NCBI GenBank assembly: GCA_048538215.1 | Contig: JBLYPV010000001.1 | Coordinates: 467,850 to 531,849 of the forward strand | DNA from: Patescibacteria group bacterium | GTDB taxonomy: Bacteria > Patescibacteriota > Minisyncoccia > Phycocordibacterales > GCA-2747955 | Direction: 5' to 3' | Length of the DNA: 64,000 bases | Part shown: piece by piece, positions 10,187 to 19,482 of the stretch | How positions within the stretch are numbered: position 1 is the stretch's first letter | Layout of the letters: every line of letters starts with the position of its first letter | Notes under the pieces: generated by a model | What the model was told of the DNA's origin: nothing | The model's database searches: none | Seen by the model: the letters and a program-made list of their open reading frames with translations, nothing else | Made by a program: the position numbers and the translations under genes

Positions 10187-10684
10187 ATGAAACAAGGCTT
10201 TACCCTTATAGAATTGTTGGTAGTAATAGCTATTATTGGTATTCTCTCTCTTGGAATATTTACCCAGCTTGAAAGTGCTCGCACACAGGCACGAGCCGCT
10301 CGGGCTGTACAGATGTTTCAACAAATTGAGAAAGCTATACAAGTGGAATATGCGAGTGTGGCGAGGTATCCAAGAGAAAATGAAATGCCTGGGGACGATA
10401 TAAACACAATAATAAATAATGGCTACCTGTCCGGACTCTCCCCAAATGTTGATTATAAAATTGATGGTAAAGATGTTCGATATGATAATGATGGTGATTC
10501 CAGAGAGGAGTGTAGTGGCGTAACAACAGCTGGAGCATCCTTGTATGTAGAGATGAGTGATGAATTAAAAACAGCAATAGAAAATTTGGTAGACGGTGGG
10601 GATGGGGAAAACTGTGGGAAAATTAGATCATTTAACTCAATATTACTCTACCGCCTCCAAAATGACCCTAGTAAATTTCCATAG
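10187..10684 (+). CDS. Type IV pilin / pseudopilin (N-terminal methylation motif)
   Basis: MKQG|FTLIELLVVIAIIGILS class-III signal with Glu+5. Confidence 0.8.
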   Translation: MKQGFTLIELLVVIAIIGILSLGIFTQLESARTQARAARAVQMFQQIEKAIQVEYASVARYPRENEMPGDDINTIINNGYLSGLSPNVDYKIDGKDVRYDNDGDSREECSGVTTAGASLYVEMSDELKTAIENLVDGGDGENCGKIRSFNSILLYRLQNDPSKFP

Positions 10685-10765
10685 AAATTTAATTCCCAAA
10701 CAACACAGAAATTTATTTATAAGGAAATCTTTATTTAAGATTTTATAATCTATAATTTTAGAATG

Positions 10766-10803
10766 CTAACACAAGGGTAGTATTTAGTGTCAGGTGCAAA
10801 TAA
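10766..10803. repeat. Family-A palindromic repeat (GGGTAGTATTTAGTGTCAGGTGCAAATAAATACTACCC)
   Basis: 11-14 bp arms with a 14-nt loop; intergenic between the pilin and tRNA-Pro. Confidence 0.7.
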
Positions 10804-10896
10804 ATACTACCCTTATACTTTATGCTGTAGAGAGGGTCGCTTCTAATCTAAAGACATTCTAAAGAAAAATCACCCTAGGGTGATTTTTCTTTCCAG

Positions 10897-10969
10897 TCGG
10901 GGCGCCGGGATTCGAACCCGGAGTCTCCCGCTCCCAAAGCGGACATGTTAGCCGTTACACTACGCCCCG
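10897..10969 (-). tRNA. tRNA-Pro (anticodon UGG)
   Basis: Manual fold: acceptor CGGGGCG/CGCCCCG, T-loop GGTTCGAATCC, anticodon loop TTTGGGA, 73 nt. Confidence 0.85.
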
Positions 10970-11023
10970 ATGTTTGGCAAAAGCATAGTACCATATTTTT
11001 AGCATAAGCCAAGAAGATACAGA

Positions 11024-11488
11024 CTATGCAACAAATTCTTCCCAGGTACTCACCTGTCCATGCAGAGCTACATACACTCCATGTGGCATTTTTTGTACAG
11101 CCCCCACGGCCATACCTACATTAAAATCAGCATCGGAATCACGAAACTTTTCGGGTATCATTGCTCCTGTGAGCACGATAGTCTTATCTTTGATTGGAGC
11201 TAGTGCCTCAGCTGTCAATCCAATAGTATCTGTCCCATGGGTAATCACTATTTTATCAGTACCTAATTGCGATACTGTATTGTAAACTTCCTGACGATCT
11301 CGATCGTCCATATCCAAGCTATCTTTTTGCATAATGCGTAAGACCTCAAAGGAAAACTGCGGGGTAACGCGCCCTAAAATATCAATAACCGCTGGTTCGC
11401 CGATTTGAAAAGCATAGCCGTGGTCAGACAAGCCCTGCGGATAATCTTTATCGATAGTGCCCCCCACTTGTACAAAGGTAATTTTCAT
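11024..11488 (-). CDS. Asparaginase-family protein, N-terminal domain only (154 aa)
   Basis: VGGTID (TGGTIA-like) and ITHGTDT motifs of L-asparaginase/GatD N-domain; no C-domain is encoded. Confidence 0.5.
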   Translation of the reverse strand: MKITFVQVGGTIDKDYPQGLSDHGYAFQIGEPAVIDILGRVTPQFSFEVLRIMQKDSLDMDDRDRQEVYNTVSQLGTDKIVITHGTDTIGLTAEALAPIKDKTIVLTGAMIPEKFRDSDADFNVGMAVGAVQKMPHGVYVALHGQVSTWEEFVA

Positions 11489-11495
11489 ACACTCA

Positions 11496-11828
11496 TTATA
11501 CGCGAGCGGATAATCTCTTCAAGAGCTTGCCCACCTCAAGCTCAAGCTTTTTAAATGAGACGCCCACCCCTTCCTTTTTGAGTACGAGCAAAAGATGAGT
11601 ATCGGGAGGAATGCTATCCCAATGTATACGCAAGGCGTGATATAGTCTCCTTCGCCAGTGATTGCGATCCACTGCTTTCTTTACTATTTTTTTACTCACC
11701 GTTACAGAAGCTTTGGCACTACCCGCTTTCGTATACATAATATGCAAATACTCTCCATGTAGATGATGGGGGCTAGCACAAAGCTTCTCTACTTCTCGTG
11801 AATTCATTCTTTGTTTGGCAGGCAACAT
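11496..11828 (-). CDS. rnpA: Ribonuclease P protein component
   Basis: KKAVDRNHWRRRLYHALR RNR-type motif; directly downstream of rpmH. Confidence 0.75.
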   Translation of the reverse strand: MLPAKQRMNSREVEKLCASPHHLHGEYLHIMYTKAGSAKASVTVSKKIVKKAVDRNHWRRRLYHALRIHWDSIPPDTHLLLVLKKEGVGVSFKKLELEVGKLLKRLSARV

Positions 11829-11907
11829 AGATACAATACTATCCTACTGGAGACAATAAATAAAATACAAGAGCTTGCAAGCTCTTGTATTTTATTTTTG
11901 ATATATA

Positions 11908-12042
11908 TTAAACGCTCAATTTTTTGCGTCCTTTACGACGACGGTCTCTGATTACTCTCCTGCCTCCCACAGTTTTCATACGACTCAAAAAGCCATGGAT
12001 TCGACTTCGTTTTCGTTTTTTGGGCTGATAGGTTTGTGACAT
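11908..12042 (-). CDS. rpmH: 50S ribosomal protein L34
   Basis: [44 protein letters not shown]. The ORF-track start (12117) is an artefactual N-terminal extension. Confidence 0.9.
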   Translation of the reverse strand: MSQTYQPKKRKRSRIHGFLSRMKTVGGRRVIRDRRRKGRKKLSV

Positions 12043-12107
12043 AGTTGCGGGATTGTACATAAAATATACAAGTATTGCAAGCATTGCTTGACATAAGACC
12101 CTATAGC

Positions 12108-12127
12108 TTATCCACAAGTTATCCAGA
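12108..12127. promoter_or_regulatory. DnaA boxes in the rpmH-dnaA intergenic region: TTATCCACA (perfect) and TTATCCAGA
   Basis: Read in the sequence at 12108-12116 and 12119-12127. Confidence 0.5.
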
Positions 12128-12309
12128 AAAATCCCCCAAGCAGCTATTATTTGGTTTTTCCCATTTTTTACTGCACAATAGCATATATTAGCAAGCTGCT
12201 CTTCTGCAAAATCATCAACTATGACTATCTCAGATTACACTGATGATGAATTAGCGTGATAGGTATTATATATACCAAGCTCTATGAAGAGTAATAACAT
12301 ACAATTACT

Positions 12310-13656
12310 ATGGTACACGACCTTGAAACAATATGGGAAAAAGCTTCTACTAATATCGAGCTCGATATCTCACAAGCAAATTTTAATACTTGGTTCAAGG
12401 ATGCCTTTATATCTAAAATTGAGGACGGTATTGTAACCATCGCTGCACCAAACCAATTCGTCAAAAACTGGTTGGCTGACAAATTTCACAAAACAATCCT
12501 CAAGCATCTTATCAATATCGATAGTACCTTCAGAAACATCGATTATATAATTGAGAAAAAAGAAGATAGAAAAGAACAGCCAAGACGCCAGGCCCCCTCG
12601 GTCAACAATCGTCTTCCTATAGACTCTCTCTATATCAACAAAGATGACAATCTCAACCCTCGTTATACCTTTGATACATTTGTGGTGGGTGATTTCAATG
12701 AGGTGGCCTACAGTGCCGCCCAAGCTATCGTCAAAAAACAAGAGGTCGTCTACAATCCATTTTTTGTCTATGGCTCTACAGGTTTTGGAAAAACTCATCT
12801 TATTCAAGCAGTAGGTAATTACATAAAGAAAACTCAGCCACACAAAAAAGTGTATTATCTCACTACCGATAAATTCCAAATGGAAGTAGTAGAGCAAATA
12901 GGAAAATCAAACAGGGCTAATGATTTTAAAAATAAATATCGTAAGTATGATATTTTAATTATTGATGATATTCAATTCTTAGCAAAAAAAGAAAAGACCC
13001 AAGAAGAGCTCTTCCATCTCTTTAATTACCTCTACGATAACAACAAGCAAATTATCTTCTCCTCAGATAAACACCCTAATCAAATATCTGAAATTGAAGA
13101 TCGTCTTCGCGGACGCTTTAATGCAGGAATGACGATTGATATTCAAGCGCCAGATTATGAATCTCGTATAGAAATCTTACGACAAAAAGCCCTCGCATCT
13201 CAATATGGACTTTCAGAAAAAATTATCGAGTACCTAGCTACTACCATCAATGGTAATATTCGTGAGCTTGAGGGAGTCTTAAACTCAGTCATCCTTAAAT
13301 CAGATGTGAAGGCACGAGAGCTCAATCTCAATGAAGTAAAGGATTTGGTAAAAAATAATGTTAAAAAGAAAAAGGTAATGAAGGTAGAGGAAATAGTCCA
13401 AATTGTTTCCGACTACTATGGAATCGATGAAGAAAATGTGTATAAAAAAATTCGTAAGAAAGAGTTTGTAAAGCCCCGACAACTCATTATGTACATCTTA
13501 AGGGAAGATTTTAAAATTTCTTTTCCAACTATTGGAGAAAAGCTTGGTGGGCGTGATCACACTACAGTTATGCATAGTTGTGAAAAAGTACGTGAAGAAT
13601 TGGAAGATAATCCTCAATTAATATCTGACCTTGATTCTATTCGAAGTATGTTTTAA
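12310..13656 (+). CDS. dnaA: Chromosomal replication initiator DnaA
   Basis: Walker A GSTGFGKTHL, AAA+ sensor motifs, C-terminal DNA-binding domain HTTVMHSCEKV. Confidence 0.95.
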   Translation: MVHDLETIWEKASTNIELDISQANFNTWFKDAFISKIEDGIVTIAAPNQFVKNWLADKFHKTILKHLINIDSTFRNIDYIIEKKEDRKEQPRRQAPSVNNRLPIDSLYINKDDNLNPRYTFDTFVVGDFNEVAYSAAQAIVKKQEVVYNPFFVYGSTGFGKTHLIQAVGNYIKKTQPHKKVYYLTTDKFQMEVVEQIGKSNRANDFKNKYRKYDILIIDDIQFLAKKEKTQEELFHLFNYLYDNNKQIIFSSDKHPNQISEIEDRLRGRFNAGMTIDIQAPDYESRIEILRQKALASQYGLSEKIIEYLATTINGNIRELEGVLNSVILKSDVKARELNLNEVKDLVKNNVKKKKVMKVEEIVQIVSDYYGIDEENVYKKIRKKEFVKPRQLIMYILREDFKISFPTIGEKLGGRDHTTVMHSCEKVREELEDNPQLISDLDSIRSMF

Positions 13657-13690
13657 TTGGTATAAAACACAGCACTATTTTTAAAACAAG

Positions 13691-13718
13691 AATACTCACT
13701 CGTGAGTATTTTTTAAAA
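13691..13718 (+). terminator. Intrinsic terminator after dnaA
   Basis: Hairpin AATACTCAC-TCG-GTGAGTATT followed by TTTTTAAAA. Confidence 0.5.
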
Positions 13719-13749
13719 GAATTACCAATACACACTTCACTAAAAATCC

Positions 13750-14012
13750 CAAGTGGATTACCCCTATAATATCTGGGGAAAAACTATGCATAGATTGAGG
13801 GATAAACCGGTGGATTAATTATATCAATCTCGGTATAAATGATATGATTGTAATTACACCAGAAATACCAGAAATTGCTTCAACAAGCGCAGAGAAAGTT
13901 TTGGAGATGTTAGTATAATTATTCACAAGCAATAAGTAGATATACTCACAAAAAAATGGTTTATCCAGATATTCACAAGAGATAATATTATTAATAAATA
14001 TATAATAAATAT
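13750..14012. other. Candidate oriC: DnaA-box-like 9-mers plus an AT-rich unwinding element, immediately upstream of dnaN
   Basis: TTATTCACA (13919-27), TTATCCAGA (13961-69), ATATTCACA (13969-77), GTGGATTA x2 (13753, 13803); AT-rich tract 13981-14012. Confidence 0.5.
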
Positions 14013-15128
14013 ATGGACTTCGAATGTGTACAAAATAAATTGAGACAAGCAGTACAGAAAAGTAATCAGGTAGTATCACGCTCGATCGACTTACCAATTC
14101 TTTCTTGCGTTTTAATGACCACTACAGGAGACAAGCTTTTATTGCAAAGTACTGATATAGAACATGCTCTTACTGTAACAATTCCTGCACGAATACATCA
14201 AGAAGGAAGAGTGGCGGTACAAAGTGATGTCATCAACCGAATTCTTCAGGGAGTAAATAGTAAAGATGAACACACTAAAATTACATTAGATAAACAAGAG
14301 CTAGTAGTAAGCACAAGTCTTACCGAAAGCCGTATCACCACTCAAGATGATAGTGATTTTCCTACCATTCCTCATATTGAAACTGATGAGGGGACAGTCA
14401 GTGTCTCTATTAGCACCGAGGATTTTCTTAGAGGGTTGGAGGTAGTTAGTTTTGCTGCATCTCATTCAAATATTAAACCAGAACTATCCTCGGTATATGT
14501 TTATTACGAAGCAGGGAGGCTTACATTTGTTTGTACGGATGGTTTTCGTCTTGCTGAGCAGGTAATTATAGTAGATCTCGGCGCTCTCGAGTTTGATTTT
14601 CTCTTACCAGTAAAATCAGCTGGAATAATTCAAAAATTATTTGATGATTACTCTAAAGAAGATCTCACTATTTATATTACCGATAATCAATTAGCAATAA
14701 AAAATAAACAATTATATTTTACCTGCCGATTAGTATCTGGAAATTTTCCTGATTATAAAAAATTAATTCCTACCGAGCACGAGACCAGTACAGTAATGCT
14801 CAAAGAGGATTTAGCTTCAGTCCTTAAGCTCTCAAATATATTTTCAAATGAGTACCATGAAGTAGTACTCAATATTGATCCTTCTAAAAAATTATGTGAG
14901 CTTTCCAGTAGTAATAAAGAGGTGGGAAGTAATCGTACCAATATTCCCGCAGTCCTTGAGGGAGATCCTGTAACAGTCACATTCAACTATCGTTTTCTCA
15001 ATGAGGCTTTACCGGTAGTACATACCGATAGTGTACAAATTACCTTTACTGATCCAGGGCGCCCACTCAAACTCACTACTATACCTGAATCAGCATTTAC
15101 TTATATTGTAATGCCACTTAACACCTAA
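14013..15128 (+). CDS. dnaN: DNA polymerase III beta sliding clamp
   Basis: Three-domain beta-clamp pattern; classic position after dnaA. Confidence 0.9.
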   Translation: MDFECVQNKLRQAVQKSNQVVSRSIDLPILSCVLMTTTGDKLLLQSTDIEHALTVTIPARIHQEGRVAVQSDVINRILQGVNSKDEHTKITLDKQELVVSTSLTESRITTQDDSDFPTIPHIETDEGTVSVSISTEDFLRGLEVVSFAASHSNIKPELSSVYVYYEAGRLTFVCTDGFRLAEQVIIVDLGALEFDFLLPVKSAGIIQKLFDDYSKEDLTIYITDNQLAIKNKQLYFTCRLVSGNFPDYKKLIPTEHETSTVMLKEDLASVLKLSNIFSNEYHEVVLNIDPSKKLCELSSSNKEVGSNRTNIPAVLEGDPVTVTFNYRFLNEALPVVHTDSVQITFTDPGRPLKLTTIPESAFTYIVMPLNT

Positions 15129-15138
15129 GAAGGATTAA

Positions 15139-15849
15139 TTATGACTGTGGGAGACTGAGTATAATTTGTTCCAAACGACAAGAAAGATCAAGACCACCTC
15201 GGCGTGACTCGTGATACTGGGATACCAATCTAATATGCAATGATTGGGCTTGTGTGGCCGACCAGGATGATTTATGTGCTTTGTTGTATACAAAGTCACT
15301 AAGACCAGAATCAGCTCTATTTTTAGTTTTAGCAAGATGGAGTGATCGAGCCTGAAATACTAATATTCCGTATATTGCTTCCGGAGCTACCCCATTAAGA
15401 AATTCTTTCTGTAAAGCCGTCCACAGTGCTCGTGTATTTTTTGCACATAATAAATCAGCGAGATAAAATAAATTATCTTTTACTTGCTTGTGCGCATTGT
15501 GCTCATATACTATTGCACCATGTTTTGTAAAGCTAGTAATTTCTTTTTTTGAAAGAAGTTGCTCGTAGAGAATAAAGGCGTTTTTAGATTCGTGGAATAG
15601 TGGAGCGTTGCTTAATAAGTATTGTTTAATTTCATTTTCAGCGCATAGGGAGTTGGCACAAATAATTGATTTACTATCAAACAAACCAACACTAGCAGTG
15701 TGTTCTTGAAGCACAGGTAATACTTCTGGATGGTCTGATTTGAGGTTAATGATTTGAGCACTTGGGCGTTTGGTATATAGCGATGAGAGTAGGGCACTCT
15801 TTTTCTTTTGAATGGTAGCAAAGTCATCACCAGTAAAGATATGAAGCAT
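15139..15849 (-). CDS. holA: Putative DNA polymerase III delta subunit (short, 236 aa)
   Basis: N-terminal MLHIFTGDD (delta YLLYGED-like) and VGLFDSKSIICANS; weak overall similarity. Confidence 0.4.
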   Translation of the reverse strand: MLHIFTGDDFATIQKKKSALLSSLYTKRPSAQIINLKSDHPEVLPVLQEHTASVGLFDSKSIICANSLCAENEIKQYLLSNAPLFHESKNAFILYEQLLSKKEITSFTKHGAIVYEHNAHKQVKDNLFYLADLLCAKNTRALWTALQKEFLNGVAPEAIYGILVFQARSLHLAKTKNRADSGLSDFVYNKAHKSSWSATQAQSLHIRLVSQYHESRRGGLDLSCRLEQIILSLPQS

Positions 15850-15901
15850 CTGTATATTATAACATTCCCCAATTCAATAGATTTGGTATACTAAAATCTA
15901 T

Positions 15902-16411
15902 ATGTTGGGTGAAATTTTCAAAGCCAATACATTTTTATTTGTTGTTTTTATGGCAGTGATGATATTTGGATTATATGCATTTTGGACAGGAAAAGATGAT
16001 GGAGACGCTGTATTACAAATTCCAGGATATGGATCAAATAGTTTGGGTTCTCAATTAGACAATAGTTTATATATCGAAGATGATTCTTCAAGAAAATCAA
16101 ACACAGATGTGCGGGGTATACAAAGTGTAAGTGGAGGTGGAGGTGAGGCTAATCAAGCAGTGTTTGAGACCAGCCCTCCTATTCTTGAGGGCTATGTGGC
16201 AGGGTACGGTACTAAAACTAGTGGTGGCAGAGAGTACTGGATACTCTTGGTAGCTACTCCACAACTTAAAATCAATGGCTATGAAGTAGATATGCGAGAT
16301 ATCATAGGCTACCGAAAGCTTAATACCTCTCTTTGGCAAGAAGGGGATTTCGTGCGCATCTATGGCACCCTTGTATCAGAAACAGTCGTTCGTGCTCAAG
16401 CGGTACAATAA
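15902..16411 (+). CDS. Membrane-anchored hypothetical protein
   Basis: N-terminal TM helix; no family recognised. Confidence 0.4.
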   Translation: MLGEIFKANTFLFVVFMAVMIFGLYAFWTGKDDGDAVLQIPGYGSNSLGSQLDNSLYIEDDSSRKSNTDVRGIQSVSGGGGEANQAVFETSPPILEGYVAGYGTKTSGGREYWILLVATPQLKINGYEVDMRDIIGYRKLNTSLWQEGDFVRIYGTLVSETVVRAQAVQ

Positions 16412-16423
16412 TTTTTTTACACA

Positions 16424-18793
16424 TTATTTTACCTGAGCCCAGGTATCTCCTTGGTGAGAATCCACTACTAGAGATATTGCAGGAGTCACTCCCACCTGGG
16501 GGGCGTAGGTATCGAGTACCCGCTCCATAATCTGAGTAATTGTTTCTTGCTCTTTTTCGATAATACTAGTGTCTACTTCAAAGATAAGCTCATCGTGTAC
16601 CTGAGCGAGAATATGCACACAATTGAGGAGCTCATTTTTTTTAAGGTAGGTATATATATCCTTGAGGGCTAATTTAATAATGTCTGCAGTGGCAGTGCCC
16701 TGGATTGGCGCATTGACAGCCATACGTTCAGCTGCTGCTCTAATAAAAGGCACTTTACTGTCAATATCACTAAAGTAGCGGATGCGCCCAAAAAGGGTGC
16801 GAGAATATTTATGTTTACGAGCACTTTCTTTAGATGATTCCAAATAAGATGCAAGAGTGGGGAAGCGATCAAAATATTTTTCAAGATATTCTTCAGCGTC
16901 CCGAGCAGTGTATTCATCTATTCCTAAATTGCTACGCAAAGCCCGTGCACCCATTCCATAGAGAATACCAAAATTAATTATTTTAGCTTTACGACGATTT
17001 TCTGCTGTTTCATCACCAAACATTTCTCGAGCTACCGCTCTATGAATATCTTGTCCATCACGAAAAAATTGTAAGAGCTTTTCGTCACGAGAAAGTTCAG
17101 CGGCGACGCGTAATTCAATCTGAGAATAATCACAAGAAAGTAATCGGTAGCCCTTTTGGGCTATAAACATAGTACGGATTTCTTTTCCATAGGTGCCTCC
17201 AGTGGGAATATTTTGAAGATTGGGATCACGAGATGACATTCGTCCGGTGGTGGTACCACTTTGTATAAAAGTAGTATGAAGACGATTGGTACGAGGGTCG
17301 ATCATCGGCTTGATGTTATCAAGGTAGGTTGAGGTGAGTTTGGTGAGTTCACGATATTCAAGAATATCATCAATAATAGGGTGTACCCCTTGCAATTTAC
17401 TGAGCTCAGACTCTTTGGTAGAGATGTTGCCGGTTGGCGTTTTTTTGATGCCTTTTGTAGGGAGATCTAATACGTCAAATAAAATATGGGCTAGTTGTTT
17501 GGTAGATTTGATATTAAATGTTTCACCAGCATGCTTGTAGATTCGCTTTTCAAGCTCTGCTTCTTGTGCGTGAAATTTTTGTGATAGTTCGTCGAGACGC
17601 TCTATATCTATCAGTAAGCCAGTATTATTCATTTGTTCTACTACTTCAATGATGGGGCATTCAATCTCGCGCCACACAAATTCTAAGTCATGATCTTTAA
17701 TTGCTTTTTCAATCTCACCATAAGCAGTATCAAAATCGTCACCATAGCGCAAAACGTCATCAAGGACGGGCTCACTAATAATTGGGTTGAGCAAATATAC
17801 TCCGAGCAAGGCCTCTTTTAGACGGCGACTGTCGATATTTTCTTCGGAGGCAATATCCTCAGTGTTTTCAAGACCAAGTATTTTTTGTAGTCGCTGGTGT
17901 AAGGTGCGGAATTCAAGTCTGCGAAACAAATCATCTATCTGTGCCATATCTATCCCTTCCCTAAGAGTGTAATCGGTAGTTTTGTAAGAAATGGGCACCT
18001 TGGTATAAATGGTGGCAAGCTCCTTTGAAAATCGAGCATCTTCCTCATGCTCACGGAGAAGCTTTTGGATGCGGGGCTTGATACCAGCTTCATCAAAGCT
18101 TGATGGATTATTTTTTAATTGTTCATAGATTGATTCAATTGAGCCAAAGGAGGTGATAAGCATACGTGCGGTCTTATCGCCAATTCCTGGTATGCCTTTG
18201 ATATTGTCTGAAGAATCACCCGCGAGCCCTTTATAATCTGGAATGAGATCTGAATCAAAGCCGTAGCGGTCTTGCACTGCTTCTTCATCATAGAGGATGG
18301 TATCAGTAATGCCTTTTTTGAGAGTGTACACCTGTACTTGATCAGTATTTACTAATTGTAAAGTGTCTAAATCACCCGAAGCAATAATGACTTGATGATC
18401 ACTTCTTTGGGATATTTGTCGAGCGAGGGTGCCGAGAACATCATCAGCTTCATAGCCGGGATATTCATAAATAGGAATGTTAAATGATTCAAATATTTTT
18501 TTGCTGGTCGACAATTGCTCTTTGAGGGCATCTTCTGTCTCACTTCTTGTCCCTTTGTATTCCTCATAGGCAGCATGACGAAAAGTGGGCTCGGGTAGAT
18601 CGTAGCAAGCAATAATATAATCAGGTTGCAATTCTTCGATAATTTTTAGAAGCATGGTACACACGCCATAGAGCCCCCCTGTGGGGGAGCCATCGCGCGT
18701 AGTAAAATCAGGCAAGGCATGATAGGCGCGGTGAATAATAGCGTGAGCGTCGAGGAGGATGGTACGCTTGCTGTACTTTGAGTTTTTTTTCAT
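16424..18793 (-). CDS. polA: DNA polymerase I (5'-3' exonuclease plus polymerase; no 3'-5' exonuclease domain evident at 789 aa)
   Basis: N-terminal ILLDAHAIIHRAYHA 5'-nuclease motif; polymerase motifs A (DYSQIELR), B (RRKAKIINFGILYG) and C (QVHDELIFE). Confidence 0.9.
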   Translation of the reverse strand: MKKNSKYSKRTILLDAHAIIHRAYHALPDFTTRDGSPTGGLYGVCTMLLKIIEELQPDYIIACYDLPEPTFRHAAYEEYKGTRSETEDALKEQLSTSKKIFESFNIPIYEYPGYEADDVLGTLARQISQRSDHQVIIASGDLDTLQLVNTDQVQVYTLKKGITDTILYDEEAVQDRYGFDSDLIPDYKGLAGDSSDNIKGIPGIGDKTARMLITSFGSIESIYEQLKNNPSSFDEAGIKPRIQKLLREHEEDARFSKELATIYTKVPISYKTTDYTLREGIDMAQIDDLFRRLEFRTLHQRLQKILGLENTEDIASEENIDSRRLKEALLGVYLLNPIISEPVLDDVLRYGDDFDTAYGEIEKAIKDHDLEFVWREIECPIIEVVEQMNNTGLLIDIERLDELSQKFHAQEAELEKRIYKHAGETFNIKSTKQLAHILFDVLDLPTKGIKKTPTGNISTKESELSKLQGVHPIIDDILEYRELTKLTSTYLDNIKPMIDPRTNRLHTTFIQSGTTTGRMSSRDPNLQNIPTGGTYGKEIRTMFIAQKGYRLLSCDYSQIELRVAAELSRDEKLLQFFRDGQDIHRAVAREMFGDETAENRRKAKIINFGILYGMGARALRSNLGIDEYTARDAEEYLEKYFDRFPTLASYLESSKESARKHKYSRTLFGRIRYFSDIDSKVPFIRAAAERMAVNAPIQGTATADIIKLALKDIYTYLKKNELLNCVHILAQVHDELIFEVDTSIIEKEQETITQIMERVLDTYAPQVGVTPAISLVVDSHQGDTWAQVK

Positions 18794-18964
18794 ATATTTA
18801 TTGTAGCATTTTCTATATGACGAATAGTTTGATTTTGAACACAGATAAATTTTTATTTACTTACAAGAGCTTACAAAAAATGGATTAAGGGCAGAGGAGA
18901 TTTACAAGGCCCGCGCTCCGCGCGGGCCTTGTCTGAGAATTAGGCATAAATACAATAATCTAAC

Positions 18965-19414
18965 TTATAGAGTAGCTATATTTAAAGCTCGAGTATCATC
19001 ATTTTGGATAGTGATGCTAATATTAATGCAATGTGGAGGCAAGATAGATTCTAGGTATTCCGGCCATTCGATAATGATAAGTTTTGCAGGGTCAGCAAAA
19101 AATTCTTCAAAGCCAAGAGGTTCTAGGGGCTCATCATCTAATCGATAGGCATCGATATGTACTAGCTTGTCCCACACTTGATTCTCGAGTGGATATTCTT
19201 TGGAGATAATAAAGGTAGGGCTTCGCACTGCCTGGTCGATACCTAGGGTGCGAGCAATTGCTTGAGTGAGAGTAGTTTTGCCTGCACCCAAATTACCACT
19301 AAGAGTAAGAATAGTAGCGCTCTTTGGATTTTTTTCTTTCTCGAGCTTTTTGACAAGAGTAGGGGCAAAGCTAGTTAGCTCTTCGAGAGAATGAATAGTA
19401 TGTGTATTTTGCAT
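18965..19414 (-). CDS. tsaE: tRNA threonylcarbamoyladenosine biosynthesis ATPase TsaE
   Basis: P-loop GNLGAGKTTL and the YjeE-family SPTF motif. Confidence 0.75.
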   Translation of the reverse strand: MQNTHTIHSLEELTSFAPTLVKKLEKEKNPKSATILTLSGNLGAGKTTLTQAIARTLGIDQAVRSPTFIISKEYPLENQVWDKLVHIDAYRLDDEPLEPLGFEEFFADPAKLIIIEWPEYLESILPPHCINISITIQNDDTRALNIATL

Positions 19415-19482
19415 ACGCAAAAATTATAGCATGCCATACACAAGACAGGGGGGAGTGATCTCTGCTATAATCAAGAGCGACC

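Noticed and set aside
12043-12117. N-terminal 25-aa extension of rpmH in the ORF track
   Set aside because: L34 is a conserved 44-aa protein beginning MSQTYQP. The extension would overlap the DnaA-box region and encodes a hydrophobic artefact.
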